64,000 nt of DNA. Source: an uncultured Planctomycetota bacterium (GTDB taxonomy: Bacteria > Planctomycetota > Planctomycetia > Isosphaerales > Isosphaeraceae). The DNA lies in contig CAWJTV010000005.1 of the NCBI GenBank assembly GCA_963845755.1, forward strand, positions 128,001-192,000, given 5' to 3'. The notes below the pieces were generated by a model that saw only the letters and a list, made by a program, of their open reading frames with translations, was not told the DNA's origin and searched no databases. The position numbers and the translations under genes are program-made. Of this stretch, positions 1 through 9,979 are shown piece by piece (position 1 is the stretch's first letter; every line of letters starts with the position of its first letter).

Positions 1-815
1 GCCAGGATCGACGGTGCCGAGTACCAGACGTCTAGCTGTCGATCGGCCATGAACTCGCCTAGCCGACAAGGGTCCTTGCCTAAAGTCTCGCCGACCAACA
101 CCAGGGTCGCTGCGCTCTGGCAAGACCCAAAGAGGTCGAACACCGAGAGGTCGAAATGCAAGGGAGCGTGCGAGCCGAACCGGTCACCGTCGCGCCAGGG
201 CCCGAGTGCGCCTCGACACCACTCGAGAAAGGTCAAGGCATTGGCGTGGGAGAGCATGACGCCTTTGGGTTGGCCGGTCGAGCCCGAGGTGAAGAGGATG
301 TACGCCAGGTCGTCCTCGGTATGCGGAGTAGGAAGCGGCGAGGGGGCGTCGTCCATCATGACCTCTTTCCAGAGTGCATCGCGATGTGCGCTCAGGTCCG
401 TCGTCATGGTCTCCTCACCGGCGACGATCAAGCGAGGCAGTGGGCCATCGTCCGGCCATGCCCCGCGGAGTGCGGGTGCCAGATGAGCAGCGACGACCAC
501 CGCCTTGACGCCCGCTGAGGCCAGGATTCGCGCGGCCCTTGGGGCCGGGCTCGCGGGGTCGACCGGCACATAGGCCGCGCCCGCGCGGAGGATCCCGTGC
601 ACGGCGGCCACGGCCTCGAGCCCCTTGGGCAGCCACAGGCCAACGCGATCTCCGCGACCGGCACCCCAGCGGACCAGTCGCGTTGACACTCGATCCGCCG
701 CCCAGAGCAATTCTCCGTAACTGAGTACGGCGCCCCGTTCGTCCTCCACAGCCGGACGATCCGGCCGTCGCGCGGCGGCCTCGTCGAGAAGTTGACTTAA
801 ATGGCGTCCATCCAT
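1..815 (-). CDS. Amino-acid adenylation (AMP-binding) enzyme, DltA/NRPS A-domain-like; runs off the window edge
   Basis: Absent from the ORF track; translated by hand from ATG 815: MDGRHLSQLLDEAAARRPDRPAV...GILRAGAAYVPVDP...LAYILFTSGSTGQPKGVMLSH...SHAPLHFDLSVFDLF (A-domain core motifs A2-A4). Confidence 0.9.
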   Translation of the reverse strand, partial: MDGRHLSQLLDEAAARRPDRPAVEDERGAVLSYGELLWAADRVSTRLVRWGAGRGDRVGLWLPKGLEAVAAVHGILRAGAAYVPVDPASPAPRAARILASAGVKAVVVAAHLAPALRGAWPDDGPLPRLIVAGEETMTTDLSAHRDALWKEVMMDDAPSPLPTPHTEDDLAYILFTSGSTGQPKGVMLSHANALTFLEWCRGALGPWRDGDRFGSHAPLHFDLSVFDLFGSCQSAATLVLVGETLGKDPCRLGEFMADRQLDVWYSAPSIL

Positions 816-954
816 GAGCACCCTACCTGCCGCGGCCCTGCCGCAACCGAATGGAAGATTCGAGATTTCAGATCTCTCCAGACTTCAAAAACGATCACTC
901 TTGCAATCTAAAGGCCAGAGTTCGCGACCCCGCCCGATCCACTGCGAGCGGATG

Positions 955-2266
955 TTACGGGCTCAGAATCGGTCCGCCGCTCTCGGAGAGCCGTGAATCG
1001 CCCTCGTTACTACGCTCGGCAGCCTCCGTATCGGAGTGTACGGGGCCGATCGGTCCGTGTCTTGTTGCCTCGCCAGCCGCGGCCTGGCTTTCGGGTCTCA
1101 ACTCCTGGAGACCGGAGGTCTCCGGCGGGAACAGCAGCCGGGACAATGACGCGTCCGCAGCGACGGCCTGGGCCAGGGCAACGAAAAGTCGCTCGTGTCC
1201 CACCGCGTTGGGATGGTCGTCCCAGGCGGCGATCTCGAGCTTCGCCGGGTCATAGGGGTCGAATGTATTTGAAAGGTCGAAGACGGAGATCGCATGGTGG
1301 GCCGCCAGGGCCTTCAGGCGCGAGACCGGTTCGGCCCGGATCTCCGGCGCGTTTCTTTGCCCACTCGCGGAATGATCACCATGACGAGGGGTATGCCCGC
1401 CGAGCGGCATTCCGCTGAGAGCATACCGATCGTCCGATCGTACAAGCCCCAGTAATAGGGCCTTAACATCGCCTTGATCCGATCCTTGTGGATCAACTCC
1501 CGTTGGTCATTCAGTCGAAGGTCACCGGCGGTCACGCCGGCCTCGCTGATCGCCTGCCTCAGGAAAGGGTACCGCAGGTTGACGCCATTTCGGAGCATTT
1601 CGAGCAGGTGGATCTCCATCAGACGGACATCGAGCGTCGTGGCCGAGTAGATGACCAGGTCGGGACAGAACGCGAGTCCGTTGCGGTGAAGTGTCTCGAA
1701 CCTCTGGAGTGGGCTGTAAGCCGCGACGGCGAAATTCAAAACCTCGAATCGGCGCGACCGGAGCGATCCTCGGCCGGTCGAGACGGCATCCAGCCAGTCC
1801 TGCAGCCGATTGGCGTAGGTATCCTGGTATCTCACACCCCATCCCATATCCATCGACGCGCCCAGCACGGCGATCCGGAATGTGCCCTCGGGCTTCTCGA
1901 GCGTAACCTCGCCGTCGTGCATTCCGAACGAATTCGTCACGAACGGCTGACCGCAGAGCGTCCGTTGGACTCGGGGCTTGAGCTCGAATTGGAGGAAGTC
2001 GTCATCGAGGTAACGGACGACGCCGGCTTCCTGAAAGCCGATCCAGCCCTCCGGCCTGCCGACGTTGGACCCGCCGAGGATCTCCTCGTAGTAGCCGACC
2101 ACGTGGGCCTCTCGTTCGCCGAGTCGCGGTCCAGTGGATCGCGCGTATCGAGGAGGGCGTGGATTCCGGACCAGTCGGCCGGCCAGGAGACCAGGCCCAC
2201 GATCAGTAGCACCAGGGGATGAAGTAGTCCGGCCCGGGCTGCTGAGCAGATCTGTTGATAAATCAT
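955..2266 (-). CDS. Membrane-anchored SGNH-fold protein (AlgJ/DltD-like), frameshifted at ~2120 and ~1350
   Basis: Joins ORFs 1937..2266 (N-terminal TM), 1314..2345 (GYYE, NSFGMHD, RIAVLGASMDMG, VLNFAVAAYS) and 955..1410 (WDDHPN, SGNH block V DxH). The start overlaps the stop of the upstream gene. Confidence 0.75.
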
Positions 2267-3465
2267 CGTGACTTGACTCCTGGGAGGGCGATCGAGATGT
2301 TAAGGGCCGTGTTTCGGGTTGCCTTGGCAACGGGGCCTTCGCCACAGAGATGCCGCAACTCAGGTAGCTCGCTCAGGGCTGTGTCGAGGCGGGCGGCGAG
2401 GCAGCGATGGCCCGAGAGATTCGGGTGGAAGTCGTCGGGCTCGACGGCCAGCGCGGACGGTTCGAAGCCATTGAAGGCATCACTCGCGTCGACGATGTGA
2501 GTGAATCCAGCGGCCTGCGCCGCCTCCTGGAGTGCTCGATGGCCGGCCGGCTCGCTGGGACGCCCGACGCGGGGGATCAGAACCCAGATGATCGGTACAT
2601 TTCGAGCTCGGCAGTCATCCGCTATGGCGCGATAGACGCCTGCCAGGATTTCCTGATGGCGCGGTTGCAGCACGCGCTTGTAACGCTCTGGATTCCAGAG
2701 AGGCTCGACTCCAGCCGATGTCAAGACCCCCCGGTACAGAGGCGAGTCGAACCCGAGTCCCCGGGCCAAGACATAGCGGAGCCTCCGCTCGTCCCAGCCG
2801 ATGTCGGCCTCCGTCGATTCGCAGATCACCAGGTCGGGCTGCATCGGCCAGCCGACCTGGCTGAAGTGATGCCAACGCTGGCCGGGCGCATGCCCGGGAA
2901 CGGAAGTGTTAATGATTTCGATTGCCGGGCCGCCCGCTCGTCGCGAACGGGCGTCCCATTCGCGCTCGAGGATCGACTCAAACCGCTGCTCGACGTTGAC
3001 TCCCCAGCCCACGCCGATTGAGTCGCCCACTAGGGCAATGCGGAACGTTCCGGCCGGCTTTTCGATCGCGTAGTCTCGATCGCGCATCCCCTGCGCGTTG
3101 GAGCGCCACTCCACGCCCCATCGCTGGACCGTATCGCCCGTCCTCAAGACGACCTCACGCAGATCGTCGACTCGCACGACCAGGGGCGCCGAGTCCACCG
3201 GGACCGAGAAGGTGCCGCGAGAACCGGGTTGTCGGCGAAGGGCCGGAAGGTCGCCCAGCTCATTGAGCCGGCGACCGGCATTAATCACTTGCTCATAGTA
3301 TCCGCGCTCGATTCGTGAGGCGTCAGCCCGGTTGAACAGGCCGCTTCTGAGGCTGGACCGTAGCCGCGCGGGCCCGCGCCCGGCGAGATCGTCCGGGATC
3401 AATCCGAACGCCAGGATCGCGAGCGTCGCGAACAATTGGCGGCCCATCATCCCGTCATGATCCAT
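2263..3465 (-). CDS. Membrane-anchored SGNH/GDSL hydrolase-fold protein (putative acyltransferase)
   Basis: N-terminal hydrophobic helix, GYYE, SNAQGMRD, RIALVGDSIGVG (block I), INTSVPG, DDFHPN (block V). Confidence 0.85.
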   Translation of the reverse strand: MDHDGMMGRQLFATLAILAFGLIPDDLAGRGPARLRSSLRSGLFNRADASRIERGYYEQVINAGRRLNELGDLPALRRQPGSRGTFSVPVDSAPLVVRVDDLREVVLRTGDTVQRWGVEWRSNAQGMRDRDYAIEKPAGTFRIALVGDSIGVGWGVNVEQRFESILEREWDARSRRAGGPAIEIINTSVPGHAPGQRWHHFSQVGWPMQPDLVICESTEADIGWDERRLRYVLARGLGFDSPLYRGVLTSAGVEPLWNPERYKRVLQPRHQEILAGVYRAIADDCRARNVPIIWVLIPRVGRPSEPAGHRALQEAAQAAGFTHIVDASDAFNGFEPSALAVEPDDFHPNLSGHRCLAARLDTALSELPELRHLCGEGPVAKATRNTALNISIALPGVKSR

Positions 3466-4869
3466 AGAAACCTCGGTGAAGCATGTCCAGCCATGCCGAC
3501 AGGCTGGGGCTCGACCAGAGCGACCAGAGGACGGCGATGGTCATGAAGATCCCGGCGACCCTCACGACACGCACGGCCAGTTCGCGCGGCGCCACGATGT
3601 CGTGCCCGTGTCTCCGGAGGCGCGCCCCGTTCCTGCACGGCTGCGCCGGGCGTCGAACTGGACATTCAGCATTACCAGGATGCCGAGTGTGCCCCAGAAG
3701 AGGGCGTCGGGCACCGTGAAGCCCCAGCTCCCGACCAGCCAGTACCTCTGGTAGGCGTGCAATATCCATGTGGCCAGGAATACCGTGACGATACCCATTG
3801 CGAGTGCCGCCGGTTGCGGCCATCGCTTCAGCCGGAACACCACCGGATTGAAGAACACCCTCACCATGAAATCCTTCCAGTAGATGTTGATTCGCCGCCA
3901 ATAGTCGGTGAAGCTCGTCGCCAGCAGGTAGTGGTGGTGGGTCGCCGGGAGGCGGTATCCGAAGAGGTGGAGCATCCCACAGGCCATGTGAAACTGGCCT
4001 GAGACCTGCAAATAAAGCAGGTAATTGCCGACGATATGGCCCGCCAGTCCGACGAGATCGTGCACATCGCCGGACTGGATCGAATATCGGTTATAGAGCA
4101 GGCGATAGCCCAGAAGATGCACCGTCCCCTGGAACATCATCGCCAGCCCACGCCGCTGGATCGCATGGATGTCGTCAACAAAGTACCCTCGCTGCATCGT
4201 CCGGTAATCGATTACGGGAAAGAGCTGGAAGCAGAAGTTTGGCAGGATGAAGAAATAGCCCAGCGTGTCGGCCAGCGGTTCGGGCGCCGTCGAGTGCTTG
4301 AGTTCATAGAGATAAATAATTATCCGAAACATGAACATGGATGCCACAATGGGCCAGACATTGTCGGGGATGCCGAAGGAGGAAGCTCCGGGTCGGGCCA
4401 GGATCGTGACCGCCGCGATCGCGGCGCAGGCTGACGCGCGAGCTGCCCACGGGATGCGAAGGTAGCAGACGCCGATCAGGACCGCGGCCATCGCCAGTAC
4501 GATGGCGGTGGTCCACGTGCCGCCGACCGAGATCAGGCCGACGATCGAGACCGCGACGAGACAGGGCTTCTTCCAGCGGAATGGAGCTAGGTAGTGTACC
4601 GGAAATGCCAGGAGCGCGATGAGGGCCAGGTTCTGAAAGGTCCGACCCTGATAGGGGCGTTCCTCGAGATGATAAACCTTGAATACCGCCACGAGCAGCG
4701 CGAGGTGAATCAGGTTACGCAGGAACGGGCGGAGGCTCCGACGGCATGACTCGGGCTCATCCGGGTACAGGGCCGAGAAACGCCGGCGCCGGCGAGGCTT
4801 CGATACGGGCACGTACTGATGGTGCGGCGCCCGCTTCGTTGCGACCGTCGTTCGAAATCCTGGCCCCAT
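3455..4869 (-). CDS. MBOAT-family membrane-bound O-acyltransferase (AlgI/DltB-like); frameshift at ~3585, true start possibly ~4760
   Basis: Polytopic; YLLYLQVSG..H, HLFGYRLP, ATSFTDYWRRINIYWKDFM, TWILH. The C-terminal TM helix is in ORF 3455..3901 and ends ...HRGFYGS. Confidence 0.85.
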
Positions 4870-4936
4870 GCGCCGGTCTCCCTCGGCTCATCTGCAACGG
4901 CAAGGGCGTCGACTTCCTCCGCGTCCTTAGCCCGAT

Positions 4937-4987
4937 CGCGCCGGCCCCGATACTCGCGCCGGCCCCATACGCCCTCGCGCCGGCCCC
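4937..4987. repeat. Three short direct repeats of CGCGCCGGCCCC
   Basis: Copies at 4937, 4955 and 4976. Confidence 0.6.
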
Positions 4988-5146
4988 CGCCGTTTTGTAG
5001 ACTGATCACGCTGGGAGCCGGTCCCGGCCGATGGACCTGATCCTCACCTTGTCTACGTGCTCACACCGACGTGTGATCTTCAGGAGCAGCGGTCATACGG
5101 GACGACGGGATCGCAGAAGGTGGGAAGGTCGGGGTGCCTGGAAACG

Positions 5147-5381
5147 GCGGGGACCGGTTCCTCCGTGAACCGGTGAGTTCCCCGCTGCGGCCGCGCCATC
5201 CGTGTTTCGCCTGATATCAATCCTTGTATCGGTTTGCCGCCAGGGAACTGCGGGGACCGGCTCCTCCGTGAACCGGTGAGATTCCCCGCTGCGGCCGCGC
5301 CATCCTTGATACGCATTTATTTCTTTCTTTCAATCTTTGTTTTCGCGGATGTCGCTCGCCGGTTGTCCTCCTTCAGCAACG
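5147..5381 (-). ncRNA. Candidate CsrA/RsmA-binding RNA (CsrB/RsmZ-like sRNA or regulatory 5' leader) built on a 55/56-bp direct repeat
   Basis: Repeat copies at 5147-5201 and 5250-5305. Six ANGGA motifs on the minus strand, most in hairpin loops (e.g. GGUUC-ACGGAG-GAACC). Confidence 0.5.
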
Positions 5382-5387
5382 ATCGCG

Positions 5388-5416
5388 ATTTAACCGAGAT
5401 CCCCCGGCGCTGTCAA
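5388..5416 (-). promoter_or_regulatory. Sigma70-like promoter for the GGA-hairpin element / MBOAT operon
   Basis: Minus strand: TTGACA (5416-5411), 17 nt, TTAAAT (5393-5388). Confidence 0.55.
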
Positions 5417-5675
5417 CCCGACTGGCGCTCCCATCGACGGCCCTTCGAGCGAACCCGATGAAGTGACTTGAGGTTCGGTCGATTCTCAACCGTCGTTTTT
5501 TTGAGAGGACGTAAGAGCGACCCGGCCGTTGCTCGCGGGACGCCGACAAAAACTGCGTTTTCTTTCCCTTCTGGCCGTGTTGGCCGACGCATGGCACGGG
5601 CTTACGCAGCCCTCCGCGCCGGTAATCCTGTTCCTAGTTTCTCGCGACATGTGCAAACCACCGCGGCGATCCTTA

Positions 5676-6587
5676 GAGCGCTCGGAAAAAATGAATCCAC
5701 TGGCACGCTGTCTGCTCTTGAGTCCTTCGGCGAGTGATCTCCCGAACCAAGGAGGACCACCATGAAACCCCTTGTCTCCGATGCGCCTGTGGAACTCCGC
5801 CCTGGAGCCCTTGCTGCCACCCCCGCCTCCGCGCCGCTTCCGCTTCCCGGGACGCAAATCCCTGGACTACCGCAAGATCCTCACCGGCATCTTGTTCGTG
5901 CTCAAGACCGGCATCGCCTGGGACGACTTGCCCGCCGACCTCGGCTGCGGCTGCGGCAAGACCTGCCGGTCCTACCTGCAGGCGTGGCAGCAGGCCGGTG
6001 TCTGGCGCCAGTTGCACGCCGTCTTGCTGGCCGAGCTCAACGGCGATGACGCGATCGACTGGGAGCGGGCGCTGATCGACGCCTCCTTCGCCAAGGCCCC
6101 GGAAGGGGGCGAGGATACCGGCCCGAATCCGACGGACCGGAGCAAATCCGGCAGCAAGCACCACGTGATGACCGACGCCCAAGGCGTGCCGCTGGCGGCG
6201 ACGGTGACCGCCGCCAACGTCCCCGAGATCACCCAGGTCTTCACGACGCTCGACGACATGCCGCCGGTGGGCGGCAAGCCGGGGCCGAAGCGGCAGAAGC
6301 CCGACCGCTTGCAGGGGGATCGGGGCTACGACTCGGAACCGGTGCGGCAGGGTTTGCGCGGCCGGGGGACCACGCCGGTGCTGGCGGCCCGCAATACGGA
6401 GCACGGCAGCGGTTTGGGCAAGTCCCGCTGGTACGTAGAGCGGACCATCGCGTGGCTGCACTCCTTCGGCCGGCTGCGCCGCCGTTTGGATCGGCTCACC
6501 GAGATTCAAGACGCGTTCCTCAAGTTAGCATGTTCCTTGATCTGTTTGAGGCTCCTGGGCCAGTGAACTCATTTTTTCCGAGCGCTC
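5676..6587 (+). mobile_element. IS5-family insertion sequence (912 bp)
   Basis: 29-bp terminal inverted repeats GAGCGCTCGGAAAAAATGA(A/G)T(C/T)CACTGGC (27/29 identical); TTA target duplication at 5673-5675 and 6588-6590; encodes a transposase. Confidence 0.93.
5762..6566 (+). CDS. IS5-family DDE transposase (frameshift near 5785)
   Basis: MKPLVSDA then LWN..LEPLLP..PGRK..ILTGILFVLKTGIAWDDLP; IDAS, GSKHH, GDRGYD, RWYVERTIAWL. Confidence 0.92.
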
Positions 6588-6757
6588 TTAAGCAGTGCAG
6601 GCGGCCCAAACCCACATGACTGGGACTGACCATCGCGTCTTACCGAGTCGGACTGGGTTGAAGTCCTGATGTCATCCCAACCGAAGAGAACATGATAAGG
6701 CTCATTGTGCGCGCGAGCGCCGTCACGGGGAATTGCAACGAGTGGGAGAATTCCAAT

Positions 6758-7312
6758 ATGGTCGTGCCGCTAAGAGGGAAGGTCGGGGGCGTTGTCGTCC
6801 GCGGGCTAGGTTGCCTTGTGGTGTTGTTGGGGGCGATCGGTACTGGGAACGCACGTGGGCAATCACTCGTGTCGGATGGCACGCTCGATCAATTGCTGCG
6901 AATGAGCCCAGGGGACCTGGAGGCGCTCTATCAACGAGGGGTCGTGGCAGCGATCCCGCCGGGCCGCGCCCGAGGGACGGCCCTGTTCGCGCCCGGGACA
7001 TGGCGCACTCAGCTTCTCGCCCGGAGCACTCGGCTCGTTTGGCAGGGGAAGATCATCGAGCCGGGACAGAGCACGGCGGTCAACCGTTTCTTCGGGATAC
7101 GGATGATCCGGGGGCGACTCTCTGAGGGACCAAGTTGGCTCGACGGGGCCCCGACGCTGGTGCTCGACTACAGCGAAACCTCGCGCATCTATGCGCGCAA
7201 TCGCGACGAGATCCGCCAGGTCGCGCCCGGCCTGTTTCTCGGCCTGATGTACGATCGAACGACCACTCCGCCGAGACTCTCGATGTACTTCGCGCTTCAG
7301 ACCTCCGAATAA
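6758..7312 (+). CDS. Conserved hypothetical exported protein
   Basis: Signal-peptide-like N terminus; motifs WQGK, SWLDG.PTLVLDY and RDEIRQVAPGLFLG. Confidence 0.7.
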   Translation: MVVPLRGKVGGVVVRGLGCLVVLLGAIGTGNARGQSLVSDGTLDQLLRMSPGDLEALYQRGVVAAIPPGRARGTALFAPGTWRTQLLARSTRLVWQGKIIEPGQSTAVNRFFGIRMIRGRLSEGPSWLDGAPTLVLDYSETSRIYARNRDEIRQVAPGLFLGLMYDRTTTPPRLSMYFALQTSE

Positions 7313-7585
7313 CCCGAATGCCGACGAAGCGACGCGGCGCCAGGCCGGTTTCCATCTGGACACGCGCGTCGATCGGCGGTATCGTTCGGCCCACACGTCT
7401 CAACTACCAACCTAAGGGTTGACGCGATACAAGACAAACGCGGCGGCTGGATGGCCGTCGCGCCGGGGTGGGCGTCTGGCATGGAAGCTGGGCGTGCCAC
7501 CGACCGGCACGTCGCGATCCGGCGCGTTCGCAGTCCGGTTCTCTCCGGTCCGTCGCTTTTCATGGGACTTTGTGGAGGAGCAAGG

Positions 7586-9841
7586 ATGCCTCCCACGCCG
7601 TCGAGCCCGCTGGGATACCTCCGGGGATTGTTCCTGCCGATCACGATCATCGGTGCGATCCTCGTGTTCGTGGTGCCCATTCCTGCGCCTTTGCTCGACG
7701 TGCTGCTCTCGGCCAACCTGACCGTGGCCGTCGTGGTGCTCTTGACGACCCTCTCGATCCAGTCGCCTCAGGAGTTTAGTGCATTTCCCACCATCTTGTT
7801 GACGACCACGCTGACTCGACTGGTCTTGAACGTCGCAACGACCCGGCTTGTGCTGACCCGGGCCGGCGTGGACCAGCTCGATGCGGCGGGTGGTGTGATC
7901 AGAGCGTTCGGGGAATTCGTGGCGGGAGACCAGGTGATCGTCGGTGTGATCCTGTTTTCGATCCTGGTTGTGATCCAGTTCGTCGTGATCACTCGGGGGG
8001 CGACCCGTATCAGCGAAGTCGCGGCGCGATTCATGCTCGATGGGCTGCCGGGCCGTCAGATGGCGATTGACTCCGATCTGCACGCCGGCCTAATCGACCA
8101 ACACGAGGCCCACCGGCGTCGCGAGGAAGTCTATCGTCAGTCGGATTTCTTCGGCGCGATGGACGGAGCCGGCAAGTTCGTGCGCGGCGACGCCGTGGCC
8201 GGGGTGGTGATTCTGCTGGTAAACATCGCCGCTGGGCTCTACCTGGGGATGGTCAACTACGGGATGAGTGCGAGCGACGCGGTCAACGTCTTCACGAAGT
8301 TGACGATCGGCGATGGGCTGGTCAGTCAAGTACCGGCTTTCTTGATCTCGCTGGCCTCCGGCCTGATCGTCACCCGATCTTCGTCCTCGACCGACCTGAA
8401 TCGCGACGTGATCGAACAATTGTTCACGCGGCCCGGAGTGCTGGGAGTGGCGGCCGTATTCGTGGGACTAATGGCCTTGACTCCGCTGCCCAAGCTACCA
8501 CTACTGGCTCTCGGCGGTGGCCTCGGTGCCGCCGCGCTGTACCTGGGTTCTCGTCGGGCCGATGATACGGTCGAACGGCCGCACGGGGATGCCGGTGTGA
8601 GTCCGGGAGCGGAGACGAGTTCGCCCCGATTCCGTCCCGACGAGAAGGCGGGTGCGACTCTCTCGACTCGGGGCAAGTCGGCCTTGCCGGCGATGAGAGC
8701 CGACGGGGAGTCGGCCGAGAGCGCCTCGGAACGGATGGAGGACTTGCTCCACGTCAATCCACTTGAAATGGAGATCGGGTTCAGGCTCATCGGCCTGGCC
8801 GACCCGACTCGAGGCGGCGACCTGCTCGGCCGGCTCAAGACGGTGCGCCAGCGCGTTGCGCGGGAAATGGGCTTGATCGTGCCCCAGGTGAGGATTCACG
8901 ACGAGATTGGCTTGCCTCCCAACGAATACCGGGTGAAGATCCGAGGAAATCAGGTCGGGCAAGGAATTGCCTACGCCGGGCGACTGTTGGCGGTACCTCC
9001 GGCCGGACTCGTGACGCGGCCTGACGGTCGCGATGGCGTGGACCCGGTCACGGGTCAACCGGCGGTCTGGATTCACGCCGACGGACGCGAGGTGGCCGAG
9101 CTTGCAGGCTGCCGCGTCCTGGATGCCGCGACGGTCGTCGCCGGCCATTTCGGCGAGATCGTCGCCAATCACGCCGACGAGCTCCTCACCCGCGAGCAAG
9201 TCGAGCGGCTGCTCGAGCGGGTCCGAACCACTGCCCCGACGTTGGTCGGAGAAGTTGTGCCCGGTCTGCTCCGCGCCGGCGAGCTTCAGCGGGTCTTGCA
9301 GAACCTGTTAAGGGAGCGAGTCAGCATTCGCGACCTCGAGACAATCCTCGAGACATTGGCCGTTCATGCCGGCAGGACCAAGGATGTCGACGTCCTGACC
9401 GAGGAAGTTCGCCGCAGTCTGGCCCGTCAGATCACTGAGACGTATCGCGGTCCGGACGGGAGACTCCGGATCGTCTCCCTGGATGGTCCGCTGGAGGCGC
9501 GATTGGAAGCGGCAGGGCGCCAGGCCGAGACTCGTCCGGCCGAGGCCTTGGGTGAGGATACGGTCCGGAGCATCATCCGCGCCGTCGCATTGGCTGTTGA
9601 AGCCCTCGTCGACAACGGCTATCCCCCCGTGATCGTCACTGCACCTGCCGCCCGCGCCGTCCTCAAGGATTTGACTCGCGCCGACTTGCCGCGGCTGGTC
9701 GTCCTGGGCCAACGCGAGATCCCCCGCGATACGTCGGTCGAGATCCTCGGCAGTGTCGTGGAGGAGGAACCCGAAGTCGTGACCACTTACACCACGTCTT
9801 CGTCCCTGAATCCTCTCGTCCTCGAGTCCTCAAGTCCGTGA
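7586..9841 (+). CDS. flhA: Flagellar export gate protein FlhA
   Basis: FSAFPTILL, RLVLNVATTR, GATRISEVAARFMLDGLPGRQMAIDSDL, DFFGAMDGAGKFVRGDA, LTIGDGLVSQVPA, LLRERVSIRDL. Confidence 0.95.
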   Translation: MPPTPSSPLGYLRGLFLPITIIGAILVFVVPIPAPLLDVLLSANLTVAVVVLLTTLSIQSPQEFSAFPTILLTTTLTRLVLNVATTRLVLTRAGVDQLDAAGGVIRAFGEFVAGDQVIVGVILFSILVVIQFVVITRGATRISEVAARFMLDGLPGRQMAIDSDLHAGLIDQHEAHRRREEVYRQSDFFGAMDGAGKFVRGDAVAGVVILLVNIAAGLYLGMVNYGMSASDAVNVFTKLTIGDGLVSQVPAFLISLASGLIVTRSSSSTDLNRDVIEQLFTRPGVLGVAAVFVGLMALTPLPKLPLLALGGGLGAAALYLGSRRADDTVERPHGDAGVSPGAETSSPRFRPDEKAGATLSTRGKSALPAMRADGESAESASERMEDLLHVNPLEMEIGFRLIGLADPTRGGDLLGRLKTVRQRVAREMGLIVPQVRIHDEIGLPPNEYRVKIRGNQVGQGIAYAGRLLAVPPAGLVTRPDGRDGVDPVTGQPAVWIHADGREVAELAGCRVLDAATVVAGHFGEIVANHADELLTREQVERLLERVRTTAPTLVGEVVPGLLRAGELQRVLQNLLRERVSIRDLETILETLAVHAGRTKDVDVLTEEVRRSLARQITETYRGPDGRLRIVSLDGPLEARLEAAGRQAETRPAEALGEDTVRSIIRAVALAVEALVDNGYPPVIVTAPAARAVLKDLTRADLPRLVVLGQREIPRDTSVEILGSVVEEEPEVVTTYTTSSSLNPLVLESSSP

Positions 9842-9979
9842 GTCTTTGGTCGGAATGCGGGACAGCCAGGTATCCGGCGGCTAATGAGTCGGAATCCGGT
9901 CCCTGAAATAAGTCGTGAAGTTTCGTGACGAGGCTCAAGGTGTCAAGAACTCGAGTGTCAAAAGGACTTAATGAATCAA

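Noticed and set aside
5147..5305. CRISPR array or known tandem riboswitch
   Set aside because: Only two 55-bp units and no cas genes; I could not match glycine, c-di-GMP, SAM or cobalamin consensus motifs.
5673..6509. 278-aa ORF antisense to the transposase
   Set aside because: Shadow ORF with no independent coding evidence.
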